64,000 nt of DNA from Eubacteriales bacterium (GCA_045600105.1 JAZRXG010000007.1:5270-69269), one strand, 5' to 3'. Counted from the stretch's first letter, positions 1-9,397 are shown. Notes: generated from the letters alone by a model not told the origin. A program made the numbers and translations.

Positions 1-1
1 T

Positions 2-241
2 ATTCCCGAATTTATCGTAAAAAGCTCCGAATACGACTATCCCGAGAGCAAAAAAGCCGAAAAAACGCGGCTTCTCTGCGAGGAATGCGGCGGCAGCGAC
101 CCCGTTTTCGCGCTCGAGCACGGTTTCGTGCGGTTTTTCCCGTCGTCTGCCGGCGGTTTCCGCGTCATTACCGAGGCGACGGGCAGCGAGTTTTCGGATG
201 AACTGTTTGATTTCGCTTTGAAAAAGCTCGGAGAAAAATAA
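2..241 (+). CDS. Partial CDS (3' end only); possibly the C-terminal domain of a phosphomannomutase/nucleotidyltransferase-like protein
   Basis: Open frame from base 2 (IPEFIVKSSEYDYPESKKAEK...FRVITEATGSEFSDELFDFALKKLGEK*) ending TAA at 239-241, followed by a hairpin. The product guess is weak. Confidence 0.55.
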   Translation: MPEFIVKSSEYDYPESKKAEKTRLLCEECGGSDPVFALEHGFVRFFPSSAGGFRVITEATGSEFSDELFDFALKKLGEK

Positions 242-244
242 ACA

Positions 245-284
245 AAAGAAGGGTTTCCGCACAGCAATGCGGAAATCCTTCTTT
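245..284. terminator. Bidirectional hairpin terminator; member of the GGATTTCCGC/GCGGAAATCC family
   Basis: aaagaagggtttccgca-cagcaa-tgcggaaatccttcttt between convergent genes. Confidence 0.8.
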
Positions 285-317
285 GATTTTCAAATGGAAA
301 TTGTCCTTGACGATTTC

Positions 318-1055
318 TTACGAAACGGTGAAAACCACGGTCAGCGTGCTGCCGTTCAGCGTGACGGCGGCAAAAATTGTGGGGTAATCATCCGAGCGTT
401 TGTAAAGCTCAAAGACGTTATCCTCGTCGGTGCCGTCCCAGTTGCCGTTGTCGAAGGAAGTGATCACTTTGTCATAGAGATCGCTGTCGGCGTTCGCGCA
501 GGTAACGGTGTGGGATGCCTTGTCGTAGGTGAAGGTGTAGTCGGAAACGCCGTAAATATCGTCTGCGGCGTAGCCGAGGTCGGCGAGGATCTGGTTGTAG
601 GGCCACTTGCCGGCTTCATCCTTGCGGGTAACGGTGATCATTTCCCCCGCGTAGGACACCTTGAGGTACACGGTGTCGGAAAGCCAGAAAAGGCGGTTTG
701 CGAATCCGACGGATTCCAAACCGTTGACGTATGCCATGACGTCGGAGGTTTCGGCGTCTGTGCAGGTGATGTTGATGCTGTTTTCGGAATCGTAAACGTC
801 AAATCCGGAGCAGGCTCCCGTGAAAGCGGGGAATTCGAATTTGCCTTCGGTATAGGCGGCAAGGGCAGCAGCGGGCCAGCCGCCCTCGTCAGCGGGCTCA
901 CCCGAAGACGTTTCGACGGACGAAGCGGTGCTCGTATCGGTGCTTGCTTTGCTTTCGGCGCTTGTTTTGCTTTCGTTTCCGTTTTCATCGCTGCCGCAGG
1001 CGGCAAGAGAAACGACGAGAGACAGAACGAGAAGCAGGGTAATGATCTTTTTCAA
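318..1055 (-). CDS. Hypothetical lipoprotein
   Basis: Probable TTG start at 1055 after AAGGAG; (M)KKIITLLLVLSLVVSLAAC lipobox, Ser/Thr/Glu-rich linker, acidic body. Confidence 0.8.
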   Translation of the reverse strand: MKKIITLLLVLSLVVSLAACGSDENGNESKTSAESKASTDTSTASSVETSSGEPADEGGWPAAALAAYTEGKFEFPAFTGACSGFDVYDSENSINITCTDAETSDVMAYVNGLESVGFANRLFWLSDTVYLKVSYAGEMITVTRKDEAGKWPYNQILADLGYAADDIYGVSDYTFTYDKASHTVTCANADSDLYDKVITSFDNGNWDGTDEDNVFELYKRSDDYPTIFAAVTLNGSTLTVVFTVS

Positions 1056-1149
1056 TTTCGTTATCTCCTTATCACAATTTTTGTACATTGTCATTATATA
1101 CCTTCTCCGCGGTAATTTCAAATGGAAATGTCCGCGAAAAAAGAATAAA

Positions 1150-1181
1150 ATAACGGTTCGTCCCGCGGGACGAACCGTTAT
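1150..1181 (-). terminator. Intrinsic terminator
   Basis: Perfect palindrome ataacggttcgtcccgcgggacgaaccgttat with a T-rich tail on the minus strand, just after the 154-aa lipoprotein. Confidence 0.75.
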
Positions 1182-1200
1182 GTCTGTTTGCTTTGCGTGA

Positions 1201-1665
1201 TTATTTCTTGAAAGAAATGACCATTTCAATTTCGGCTTCTACGCCTTCGGCTTCGCCGGACATGCTTACGTACATATCAAGGTCGTCGCCATTGACTTTG
1301 AAATAAACTTCGCCTTTAACTCCTTCTTCTATCTCGCCCATAAGCTCGGTGAGAGCTTCTTTGTCGAGAACGAGCTTGCCGTCTTTTTCGGTGAAGGAGT
1401 ATTCCGTGTCATCCATGTCATCGCCTTTGAACTGGACCTTGCTGCCGTTGATGACAATAGCGGCGTTGGAGTCTTCCATATCGAGGAGATCTCCGGCGTC
1501 GAACATTTCGGAAAAGTCCTGACCGGCGATTTCGTACTTGTTGATCTTGGCGGATTTGTATTTGTATTCGCCATCGTATTTGCCGCCTTTGCCGCAGGAA
1601 GCGAGCGCGAAAACGCAGGATGCGATCATAGCGAGCGCAAGGATAAGGGATAATGCTTTTTTCAT
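1201..1665 (-). CDS. Hypothetical lipoprotein (beta-rich, possibly lipocalin-like)
   Basis: GGAGG RBS; MKKALSLILALAMIASCVFALASC lipobox. Confidence 0.85.
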   Translation of the reverse strand: MKKALSLILALAMIASCVFALASCGKGGKYDGEYKYKSAKINKYEIAGQDFSEMFDAGDLLDMEDSNAAIVINGSKVQFKGDDMDDTEYSFTEKDGKLVLDKEALTELMGEIEEGVKGEVYFKVNGDDLDMYVSMSGEAEGVEAEIEMVISFKK

Positions 1666-1759
1666 AATGTACCTCCAAAAATTTTATATCACAAAGTGAC
1701 TACAATGATTATATTCCGCGTTTTCCGAAATGTCAAGCAAAATCGGCAAAAAAACTCGT

Positions 1760-2497
1760 TTATCTTCTTTTTCCTCTGCCGTACGGCGTGCGGTGGGATC
1801 TGTCCGGCATGCCTCTGCCCATCGGCGGACGCGGAGGCATAACGGGAGGGCGTCGGGGAGCCACGGGACGTCCGACGGGAGGCGTGCGGACGGCAGGCTG
1901 AGAAGAAACTTGATTCCTGAGAGCCGAATACGGCGGATAAACCCCGTTGTCCAGCCCCTGCAGATATTCGGAAAGCGAAACGCCGAGTGAAGAAGCCGCG
2001 GCTTTTATCTCGGAGACCGACATTTTGTCGCCGAGTCTGTCGTCGTCTTCGCCTTTGCCGAAAAATCCGGCGATCGCGTCGACTACTCCGTCGTCCGACG
2101 ACGCGTATTCGCGGATGAGCTCGTCACGGTCGAAAATGATGTTCTGCGCTTCGACTATCGGGTCGGGTATGTCGCGCGCGCTTTTGACGGGTATTTTTCC
2201 GCTTCCTTCGCGGAGCGCCGTGCCGCAGAAGTCGCATTTTGCGTTGTACGACGGGTTCGCGGCGTTGCAGGCGGGGCAATTCACGGTCCCGACGTCGTTT
2301 TCGTCGTTCACGACGACGTATTTCGTGTAGTATTCGTTAAGGTGGTCGACGGTGTAGAGCCAGTCGGCGAGCGCTTCTTTATATGGTTTGCACTTATCGC
2401 AGCATCCGGGGCAGTATTTGCACTCGGACGAGCAGTTGTCGCACGGCTTTTTCGATTTTTTTGTTCCTCCGCCGAAAAGTTTTGAAAAAAACGACAT
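1760..2497 (-). CDS. Zinc-ribbon hypothetical protein with Pro/Arg-rich tail
   Basis: Cys cluster CDNCSSECKYCPGCCDKC, CPAC..CDFC ribbon, GGAGG RBS. Confidence 0.8.
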   Translation of the reverse strand: MSFFSKLFGGGTKKSKKPCDNCSSECKYCPGCCDKCKPYKEALADWLYTVDHLNEYYTKYVVVNDENDVGTVNCPACNAANPSYNAKCDFCGTALREGSGKIPVKSARDIPDPIVEAQNIIFDRDELIREYASSDDGVVDAIAGFFGKGEDDDRLGDKMSVSEIKAAASSLGVSLSEYLQGLDNGVYPPYSALRNQVSSQPAVRTPPVGRPVAPRRPPVMPPRPPMGRGMPDRSHRTPYGRGKRR

Positions 2498-2597
2498 TTT
2501 TTCCGCCTCCAGTCTTTTACTGAAATAATTATATCACCGATATCGTCAAAAGTCAATGCGCCGCCCCACGGAACGGCGAAAATCGGCGCGAAATATG

Positions 2598-2625
2598 TTG
2601 ACAACGTCGAATATTATATTATAAT
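2598..2625 (+). promoter_or_regulatory. SigA-type promoter
   Basis: TTGACA-16 nt-TATAAT upstream of the GH172 gene. Confidence 0.7.
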
Positions 2626-2658
2626 GAAGAAAAAAGCGTTCAAAAGGGGAAAAAGCAT

Positions 2659-3714
2659 ATGTTCGATCTGTCGCTCACAAGCAAATACGTTTCAAGGTCG
2701 ATCTCCGCCGAGAATTTCACCGGAGAAAAAGGGAAAGGCGGCATGGCGGAGGACGGAAACGCGTCGTACGCCGCCCGCGAGCTCGGAAGAGGCTGGAAGG
2801 TGTCGCCGTATATCATTATCGGCTCGGGTGAAACGTTTGAGCTCGCGTCGATCGACGGACCCGGCATGATACGCCATATCTGGGAGACGGACAACGCGCC
2901 CGACAGACGCCTGATATTGCGCATCTATTGGGAAGGGAGCGAAAAACCGTCGGTGGAAACGCCGCTCAACGACTTTTTCGCCTCCGCCGACGCCGCGTCA
3001 AACGGCTACGCGCCCATATCGTCGCTCCCCGTCTGCGTCGGGCCCCGCAGGGGATTCAACTGCTACTGGGAGATGCCGTTTTTCAAAAAATGCAGGATAA
3101 CGCTCGAAAACACCGATTCAAAGGCGCAGATGGTCTATTATCAGATCGACTACGTGCTCGGTGAGATCCCCGAAAACTCGGCGTATTTCCACGCTCAGTT
3201 CAGACGCGTAAATCCGCTTCCGTACAAGGAGGTATATACGATACTCGACAACGTGAAGGGCAGCGGCCACTACGTGGGAACGTATATTTACTGGGGCTCC
3301 AACAGCAACGGCTGGTGGGGCGAAGGGGAAGTCAAGTTCTATCTCGACGGCGACGGCGAATTCCCCACGATATGCACCACGGGGACCGAGGACTATTTCG
3401 GCGGTTCGTGGAACTTTGACGTTGACGGAGAATACCGCGAATTCAGCACGCTTTATACGGGGCTTCCGCGCGTCGCGAGACCCGACGGACTGTATAAGTC
3501 GAATCAGCGGTTTTCGCTCTACCGCTGGCATATTCCCGACCCCGTTTATTTCAAAGAGGATATAAAAGTCACCGTTCAGGCTCTCGGCTGGCGCAGCGAC
3601 GGCAGATATCACCCGCTCTGCGACGACATTTCCTCCGTCGCGTTCTGGTATCAGGACACGCCGTGCGAGACCTTCCCCGTCCTCCCTTCCCCCGACGAGC
3701 TTGAAATAATATAA
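2659..3714 (+). CDS. Glycoside hydrolase family 172 (DUF2961)
   Basis: SRSISAENFTGEKGKGG, GPGMIRHIW, NCYWEMPF, WWGEGEVKFYLDGD, GTEDYFGGSWNF motifs. Confidence 0.9.
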   Translation: MFDLSLTSKYVSRSISAENFTGEKGKGGMAEDGNASYAARELGRGWKVSPYIIIGSGETFELASIDGPGMIRHIWETDNAPDRRLILRIYWEGSEKPSVETPLNDFFASADAASNGYAPISSLPVCVGPRRGFNCYWEMPFFKKCRITLENTDSKAQMVYYQIDYVLGEIPENSAYFHAQFRRVNPLPYKEVYTILDNVKGSGHYVGTYIYWGSNSNGWWGEGEVKFYLDGDGEFPTICTTGTEDYFGGSWNFDVDGEYREFSTLYTGLPRVARPDGLYKSNQRFSLYRWHIPDPVYFKEDIKVTVQALGWRSDGRYHPLCDDISSVAFWYQDTPCETFPVLPSPDELEII

Positions 3715-3729
3715 AAAATCGGAGAAATC

Positions 3730-4584
3730 ATGGATAAAATCAAAAACAGCAGATGCGCGGGCTTTGCGGTGATATCCGCCGTTTATATTGCCGCTTCGGC
3801 GGTCGGCATACTCGTCTTCCGTGCTCTTTCGTTTTCGTTCGCGCCGGATCTGCTCATCGCCGACGTCGTTTCGACGGTTTTCACCTTCGTTTTCAGCCTT
3901 GTTTTCAAAAACGCGTCGGTCTACGACCCGTATTGGAGCGTTCAGCCCATCGTCATCCTCGTTTACGCATCTGTCACTCACGGACTTACGCCGCTTACGT
4001 CCCTTCTGCTTGCCGCAGTCTGCTTCTGGGGCGTCAGGCTCACCGCGAACTGGGCGTACACCTTCCGCGGGCTCACGCATCAGGACTGGCGATACACGAT
4101 GCTTTGCGAAAAAACGGGGCGGCTTTATCCGTTCGTCAACTTCGCGGGCATACATATGTTCCCGACGCTGGTCGTGTACCTCTGCACCCTTCCCGCGGTC
4201 TTCGCGTTTGAGTACGGCGCGGAGTGCGGCGTTCTCAGCGTGATCTTCGTCTGCGTTTCGTTCGGTGCGGCGATCCTGCAGGGCGTTTCCGACGTTCAGA
4301 TGCACGTTTTCCGAAAAAAAGCGCACGGCGGCTTCATCAGAACGGGACTCTGGAAGTATTCGCGCCACCCGAATTACCTCGGCGAAATACTCATGTGGTG
4401 GGGCGTCGGGCTTGCCGTCGTCAGCGCGATGCCGCAGAGATGGTACCTGCTCGTCGGCGCTCTTCTCAACACGGTGATGTTCCTCGTCGTCAGCATCCCG
4501 ATGGCGGATAAACGCCAGTCGGCGAAAAACGGCTTTGCCGGGTACAAAAAAGCCACCCGAATGTTGCTTCCCGTCAAAAAATAA
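3730..4584 (+). CDS. DUF1295 membrane protein (steroid 5-alpha-reductase-like)
   Basis: Multi-TM; NASVYDPYWS, DWRY, GLWKYSRHPNYLGE. Confidence 0.9.
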   Translation: MDKIKNSRCAGFAVISAVYIAASAVGILVFRALSFSFAPDLLIADVVSTVFTFVFSLVFKNASVYDPYWSVQPIVILVYASVTHGLTPLTSLLLAAVCFWGVRLTANWAYTFRGLTHQDWRYTMLCEKTGRLYPFVNFAGIHMFPTLVVYLCTLPAVFAFEYGAECGVLSVIFVCVSFGAAILQGVSDVQMHVFRKKAHGGFIRTGLWKYSRHPNYLGEILMWWGVGLAVVSAMPQRWYLLVGALLNTVMFLVVSIPMADKRQSAKNGFAGYKKATRMLLPVKK

Positions 4585-4605
4585 CGCCCAAAGCGGCATA
4601 AAACG

Positions 4606-4635
4606 AAGGCTTCCCGCGTGATGGGAAGCCTTTTT
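4606..4635. terminator. Terminator between convergent genes
   Basis: aaggcttccc-gcgtgat-gggaagcctt + T run. Confidence 0.75.
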
Positions 4636-4646
4636 GAATCGTAGAT

Positions 4647-5405
4647 TCACACCCGTTTTGCTATCTCGAGCGCGAGAGCAAGCTTGTCCACGTTGTGGTT
4701 CGCGTCGGAAAGTCCTGACGCGTCATAGCCGTCGCCCGACAGCACGTCGCCCGTGACGAGGAACGTATAAAGCTCAAATCCGTAAAAATCGCAGACCGAC
4801 TGCAGCCCCGCGGCCTCCATTTCCACCGCGATACAGCCCTCGCTTTTCCTTTTTTCCATCTGCCCGGCGGTCTCGCGCAGAAACGCGTCGGTCGTCCACG
4901 TCCTGCCGAGCACGTACGGCACGCGCAGGGACTCGAAGACGTCCTTCACAAAGGCGTGGTTTTTGATTTTTATATAGTCCGACGGCGGCGCGTAGTGGTA
5001 CGACATCCCTTCGTCGCGGTACGCGTCGGTCGGTATGACGAACTTTCCCGCTGTCTTTTCAAAGTCGAGGCTGCCCGAAGAGCCGAACGTGACGAATTTT
5101 TCCGCTCCGCAGAGCCAGTTCGTTTCTATCAGACACTCGGAGGCGATCGCCGAGCCGATCGGCGACAGATAAAACGCGGTCTTCCGACCGTTTTCGTCAA
5201 ACGCGTATATGGGTATTGAGCCGTTGCACGCGCCTATTTCGGCGATTTTTTCGCATTTTTTCGTATTCAGCAGAGCGTCGTATATCACCTTCGAAAACGT
5301 GACGACGCACACGTCCGCAAGACGCTTTTTTTCGCCGTAAATGTCGCGCAGCGTGATTATCGGTCTGTCGTTTTTGTCAAATGAATCGGTTATCATTTCG
5401 GTCAT
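4647..5405 (-). CDS. Nucleoside phosphorylase (PNP/UDP family)
   Basis: FGSSGSL, AYRDEGMSYHY, WTTDAFLRET, AVEMEAA. Confidence 0.9.
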   Translation of the reverse strand: MTEMITDSFDKNDRPIITLRDIYGEKKRLADVCVVTFSKVIYDALLNTKKCEKIAEIGACNGSIPIYAFDENGRKTAFYLSPIGSAIASECLIETNWLCGAEKFVTFGSSGSLDFEKTAGKFVIPTDAYRDEGMSYHYAPPSDYIKIKNHAFVKDVFESLRVPYVLGRTWTTDAFLRETAGQMEKRKSEGCIAVEMEAAGLQSVCDFYGFELYTFLVTGDVLSGDGYDASGLSDANHNVDKLALALEIAKRV

Positions 5406-5581
5406 CTCCTTACTTTTCCGGCAGACGCTTCCGCACCGTCCGCCGCGCGTACATTATAACGCAAAAGCGCGGAAGCGTCAAGATTTTTCGGCGATTTTAG
5501 CGATGCGGCGTATTGAAAATCCGCACCGCGTGTGTTAAAATGAAATAAAGACGGCAGATGCCGCCGAAAAGGAGGAAAACA

Positions 5582-6235
5582 ATGGATAATGGCGTAAAAG
5601 CGTATCCCGCACCGTGGGATCTGCACGGAAAAGGGTATATTTTCATTTATAAATTCAAAAAAGACTTCGTCGAGAAAAGCGGGAACGTCCCCGAATTCCT
5701 CAGGGGGAGCTTCAAAGGCGGATTCGGCAGCGTCATGCTCGTCGATTACGAAAGTTCCGACGCCGGTCCTTACGGCGAGCTGCTGTTCATCCCAGGAAAA
5801 TTCGCTTACGGCGGCAAAAAGCTCGACACCATCAGCAAAATATACGTTTCGACCATGGAAAGCGTGGTGAACGGCAGGGCAAACTGGGGGATACCTAAGG
5901 AAAAAGCCGATTTTTCGTTTGAAAAGATAAGCGAAAAAGAGGAAAAAGCGACTGTTTCGGTGAACGGAAGGACCGCGGCGGAGTTCACGCTGAGGACGAA
6001 GAAGCTTTCTTTCCCCGTCAGCACCAAGCTGCTGCCGTTTCCGCTCGTCGAGGAGTACGATGGGAAGCGCTATTTCACGAACTTTTCGGGCAGCGGCAAG
6101 GGACGCTTTGCCAAGATCGTCGGCATGAAGATCGACCCCGAGCTTTTCCCCGACGTTTCGGCGTGTAAGCCCATCGCGGTCATCCGCGTCGACCCGTTCG
6201 ATATCACTTTCCCCAAAGCGGATGTTGAGGGGTAA
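5582..6235 (+). CDS. Acetoacetate decarboxylase-like family protein
   Basis: PAPWDLHG, YESSDAGPYGEL, GRANWGIPKE; ATG at 5582 after AGGAGG. Confidence 0.85.
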   Translation: MDNGVKAYPAPWDLHGKGYIFIYKFKKDFVEKSGNVPEFLRGSFKGGFGSVMLVDYESSDAGPYGELLFIPGKFAYGGKKLDTISKIYVSTMESVVNGRANWGIPKEKADFSFEKISEKEEKATVSVNGRTAAEFTLRTKKLSFPVSTKLLPFPLVEEYDGKRYFTNFSGSGKGRFAKIVGMKIDPELFPDVSACKPIAVIRVDPFDITFPKADVEG

Positions 6236-6268
6236 AAAGAGGCTCTGCCGATTGAGGCAGAGCTTTTT
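6236..6268 (+). terminator. Intrinsic terminator at the left edge of the R-M islet
   Basis: gctctgcc-gattga-ggcagagc + T run. Confidence 0.75.
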
Positions 6269-6340
6269 ATACTGTCAGCACAATGGCTAAACTTTTTTAT
6301 TATACTCAAGTTTACAAAATAAGCGTAACGCCACGACGTA

Positions 6341-6367
6341 ACTTATTGTATGTAGACTTATTGTGTG
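6341..6367 (+). promoter_or_regulatory. Putative C-box operator of the R-M controller
   Basis: ACTTATTGT repeated at 6341 and 6356 (15-bp period), resembling GACTTATAGTC C-boxes, upstream of a C-protein gene. Confidence 0.65.
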
Positions 6368-6409
6368 ATTCTGTATATAGTAAAAATTGAAAGTTGGTGA
6401 AGTATATAT

Positions 6410-6634
6410 ATGGATATTGTTAGAGTTTTTGGAATGAATCTTCGGAAATATCGAGTTAAAAATGAAATATCACAAGAAAAATTCGCAGAAATGGCAGGAT
6501 TGCATAGAACTTATATCAGCGACATTGAGCGATTTCAACGAAGTATTTCACTTGAAAACATTCAAAAAATAGCAGATGCACTTGGCATTGAAACATATAA
6601 GCTTTTTATCGAGGAGGACGTAAAAAATGGCTAA
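6410..6634 (+). CDS. XRE HTH controller (C) protein of an R-M system
   Basis: SQEKFAEMAGLHRTYISDIER signature; overlaps the start of the endonuclease. Confidence 0.85.
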   Translation: MDIVRVFGMNLRKYRVKNEISQEKFAEMAGLHRTYISDIERFQRSISLENIQKIADALGIETYKLFIEEDVKNG

Positions 6635-7235
6635 ATCTAAAGCAGAACTTTTTCTTGAACTGGCAAAGCCTGATGAAAATGGTGTAAGCAGATGGGTAAT
6701 GACAACAGAGTTTACTGGAGAGTATGAACGTTTGAAATTGGGAAACGGATTTGATTTTGGCAGAAAAGAATCTCCTCTCGCCCAAAAATACATAATTGAG
6801 ACAAATAAAAAACTAACTCCCGGTAGTGGAATCGACGCCATAAGGTTAAATGGCTTTAGAACTGAAGACCCATATACTCAATACATACGCTCCGATATAA
6901 AGGAGACCATTTCTAAAATGCGTTGTGTTGTTTTAGGTACATCAAATCCCGAAGTAGACCATAAAAACGGTATGAAAAATGAAGGCAGGGTAATGAAAAA
7001 TGAGAAACAAGAGCTTTCTGATTTTCAACCGTTAAGTAAGGCTGCAAACGATGCCAAACGTCAATTCTGTAAAGAATGCAGGCGAACAGGCAAACGATAC
7101 GATGCAAAAAGATTAGGTTATCCAATGTCGTATTATCTTGGTGGAGAAACACACCATAACGAAGAAGATGCTTGTATTGGGTGCTATTGGTATGATCCGC
7201 TGGAGTTCAAAAAGCATCTTAAGGAAAAACAATAA
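6627..7235 (+). CDS. IceA/NlaIII-family HNH restriction endonuclease
   Basis: SKAELFLELAKPDENGVSRWV, LKLGNG, EVDHKNG, FQPLSKAANDAKRQFCKEC, CIGCYWYDP. Confidence 0.85.
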   Translation: MAKSKAELFLELAKPDENGVSRWVMTTEFTGEYERLKLGNGFDFGRKESPLAQKYIIETNKKLTPGSGIDAIRLNGFRTEDPYTQYIRSDIKETISKMRCVVLGTSNPEVDHKNGMKNEGRVMKNEKQELSDFQPLSKAANDAKRQFCKECRRTGKRYDAKRLGYPMSYYLGGETHHNEEDACIGCYWYDPLEFKKHLKEKQ

Positions 7236-7251
7236 GTAAAAAGCTGCGGTA

Positions 7252-8037
7252 TTACCGCAGCTTTTTGAATATAAAAATATATTCGTGGTCAAAAATGTAA
7301 AAATCACTTGCCAATGCACGATATCTCCAGATAGCTCCTTGATTGGCTTTTCCTCTGGTTCTGTCAAAATCTTTTACGAGAATCGCCTTTAGCAAAAATC
7401 CCTTTTTCATAAACAGATTCATACAGTAAAAACCAAGCGGAACTATTTGACTGTTAGCATATTTATCACCAATAACAACTGCACAATAACGATTTCGCTC
7501 TAAATATTGCGTGGTATTATCAATAACTCTTCCAAAAGATTTTAAAAAAGTATCAAGAGAGTCAGCATTTGATAAATCGTTAGGATTGCTTGAAAATTTT
7601 ATTATGTCCCAATATGGCGGATGAAAAATAACAAATTGATATTTTTTTATACCAATATTGTCAAGTATTTTCTTTATATCGATATTTTGACTATCACCTA
7701 TAAATCCGAGCGTTTTACATTCATCATTGTACTCCAAACGTATTCGTTCAAATGCTTCTTTAACGACATCTTCTTGCAAATCAAAACCTATTGAGTTTCT
7801 TCCCATTCTTTGGGCTTCTATTAATGAAGTGCCGCTTCCCATAAATGGGTCAAGTATCCAATCACCTTTTTTGGTATACCTCTTAAACATTTGCCTTGGC
7901 ACTTGGGGAATAAAATTGCCGTGATAGGAAGCATTGTGTACACCGGAATTTTCTCGATGAAATGACCAAAAAGAATTTGTGAGTATGTCATCGTATTCTT
8001 TCCACTTTTTCGGGTCAATATCATTATACCAAGACAT
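7252..8037 (-). CDS. Amino (N4-C/N6-A) DNA methyltransferase
   Basis: YHGNFIPQ, LDPFMGSGT (motif I), IFHPPYWDII (motif IV variant), DHEYIFIFKK. Confidence 0.85.
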   Translation of the reverse strand: MSWYNDIDPKKWKEYDDILTNSFWSFHRENSGVHNASYHGNFIPQVPRQMFKRYTKKGDWILDPFMGSGTSLIEAQRMGRNSIGFDLQEDVVKEAFERIRLEYNDECKTLGFIGDSQNIDIKKILDNIGIKKYQFVIFHPPYWDIIKFSSNPNDLSNADSLDTFLKSFGRVIDNTTQYLERNRYCAVVIGDKYANSQIVPLGFYCMNLFMKKGFLLKAILVKDFDRTRGKANQGAIWRYRALASDFYIFDHEYIFIFKKLR

Positions 8038-9308
8038 TATTTTTCTTTATCCTCCAATTGATTCAAGCCTTTCATAACAGCAATGCCTATGGCCTTTCCG
8101 AGTCCGCAGGGAACCGCATTTCCTATTTGAACAAGCTGCCATTTTTTTGAGCCTTGGAATATGAAATCATCTGGGAATGACTGCAATGCTGCCAACTCGC
8201 GAGGAGTTAAAACCCTTGGAAGCTTTGGATGAATATTGACACCGCCATGATTTTCTTTTACCGTACAAGATGGTTTATCCCAAGGAGACTTTTTCCAAGC
8301 ATCTGAATAATTTCCATATAAACTCTGTCCTTCAGGCAGCTCTTTTATCTGTTGTATCATTTTTTCGGAATGCTTTGTAAAAATATGATTGATTTGCTTG
8401 TTTTCAGGGATGCTCATAAAACGTTTGATTCCCTCGCCGAGTGTCATATAGTTTTCAGGTGAAACCAATGGTTTCGGATGAAAATTTGTTAATCCATAGC
8501 GATTTCCGATAAAAATAACTCTGTGTCTGATTTGCGGTACGCAATAATCTGCACTGTTCAAAACCGTTACGTTTATACCATATCCGGCTTCTTTATAGTC
8601 CTCAATTATTTTTGCTTCAACCTTCCCATCAAGCATTGTACGGAGACCTTCAACATTTTCCATAACAACGTAGTCTGGTTGTATATGTTTAACGATTTCG
8701 AGCATCTCAAGATATAAACTGTTTCTGGGGTCGGTAATAACTCTATTTCCAGCCATACTGAAACCTTGGCATGGAAATCCGCCAACAATCAGATGAATAT
8801 GCTTGTCTGCAACAGAATTATAAAGCTCTTGTTTGACTTCCGGTTCTCTTATATCACGAGTATGGACTTTTTCGTTAAATCCCTTTTGCTTAATAAAATT
8901 ATATTCATATGTTTGGACTGCCTCTGGCATAATTTCAACGGAAGCGACCGGAGTAAAGCCGGCCATTGTTAATCCGCAACTCAGTCCTCCGGCTCCTGAA
9001 AACAGGTCGATGAAATTATAGCCATTGCGATAATTCGCGGTGGACCATCCGTCATATACCCACTTATCTGAAATGTCAATCCAGTTGACAGTATCACCAG
9101 TTTGCTCTTTGACTATTGTTTCTTTAAAGATGTTATCTTCTTCCGGATCATAATCAGAAATAAGCCATTTTTCATATTCATCTTTTGCAATTCGATAGCA
9201 ATTACTGATTTTATAAGCTTTGAGTTTTCCCGAAGCTATGTGTCTTCTGATGGTTTTAATGCTTTGATTGGACTTTTCCGCAACCTCAGCAATAGAATAA
9301 TACTCCAT
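8037..9308 (-). CDS. C5-cytosine DNA methyltransferase with N-terminal excisionase-like HTH
   Basis: DLFSGAGG, GGFPCQGFS, ENV, QIRHR, RELAALQSFP, GNAV; N-terminal YSIAEVAEKSNQSIKTIRRHIASGKLKA; start chosen by GGAGG spacing. Confidence 0.92.
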   Translation of the reverse strand: MEYYSIAEVAEKSNQSIKTIRRHIASGKLKAYKISNCYRIAKDEYEKWLISDYDPEEDNIFKETIVKEQTGDTVNWIDISDKWVYDGWSTANYRNGYNFIDLFSGAGGLSCGLTMAGFTPVASVEIMPEAVQTYEYNFIKQKGFNEKVHTRDIREPEVKQELYNSVADKHIHLIVGGFPCQGFSMAGNRVITDPRNSLYLEMLEIVKHIQPDYVVMENVEGLRTMLDGKVEAKIIEDYKEAGYGINVTVLNSADYCVPQIRHRVIFIGNRYGLTNFHPKPLVSPENYMTLGEGIKRFMSIPENKQINHIFTKHSEKMIQQIKELPEGQSLYGNYSDAWKKSPWDKPSCTVKENHGGVNIHPKLPRVLTPRELAALQSFPDDFIFQGSKKWQLVQIGNAVPCGLGKAIGIAVMKGLNQLEDKEK

Positions 9309-9397
9309 AATCATACCCTCCAAAAGCGGATGTGTCCATTATACATGCATTTTGTCCAATTGTCAAGAGGCAGTATGCAAATTAATAAGAACAATAT

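Noticed and set aside
1056-1229. N-terminal extensions in the ORF track (also for the Tox-GHH, DUF4855, response regulator, rny, ymdB, miaB, NlpC/P60, malic enzyme and apbE ORFs)
   Set aside because: Downstream starts have clear RBSs, signal peptides or stop-start coupling; several of the extensions also cross terminators or neighbouring genes.
3118-4650. Long antisense ORFs (this 510-aa one; also 19107-20774, 30339-31811, 32118-33596, 33744-35639, 41048-42949, 58322-60010)
   Set aside because: Shadow frames opposite well-supported genes, expected from biased codon usage; no motifs or RBS.
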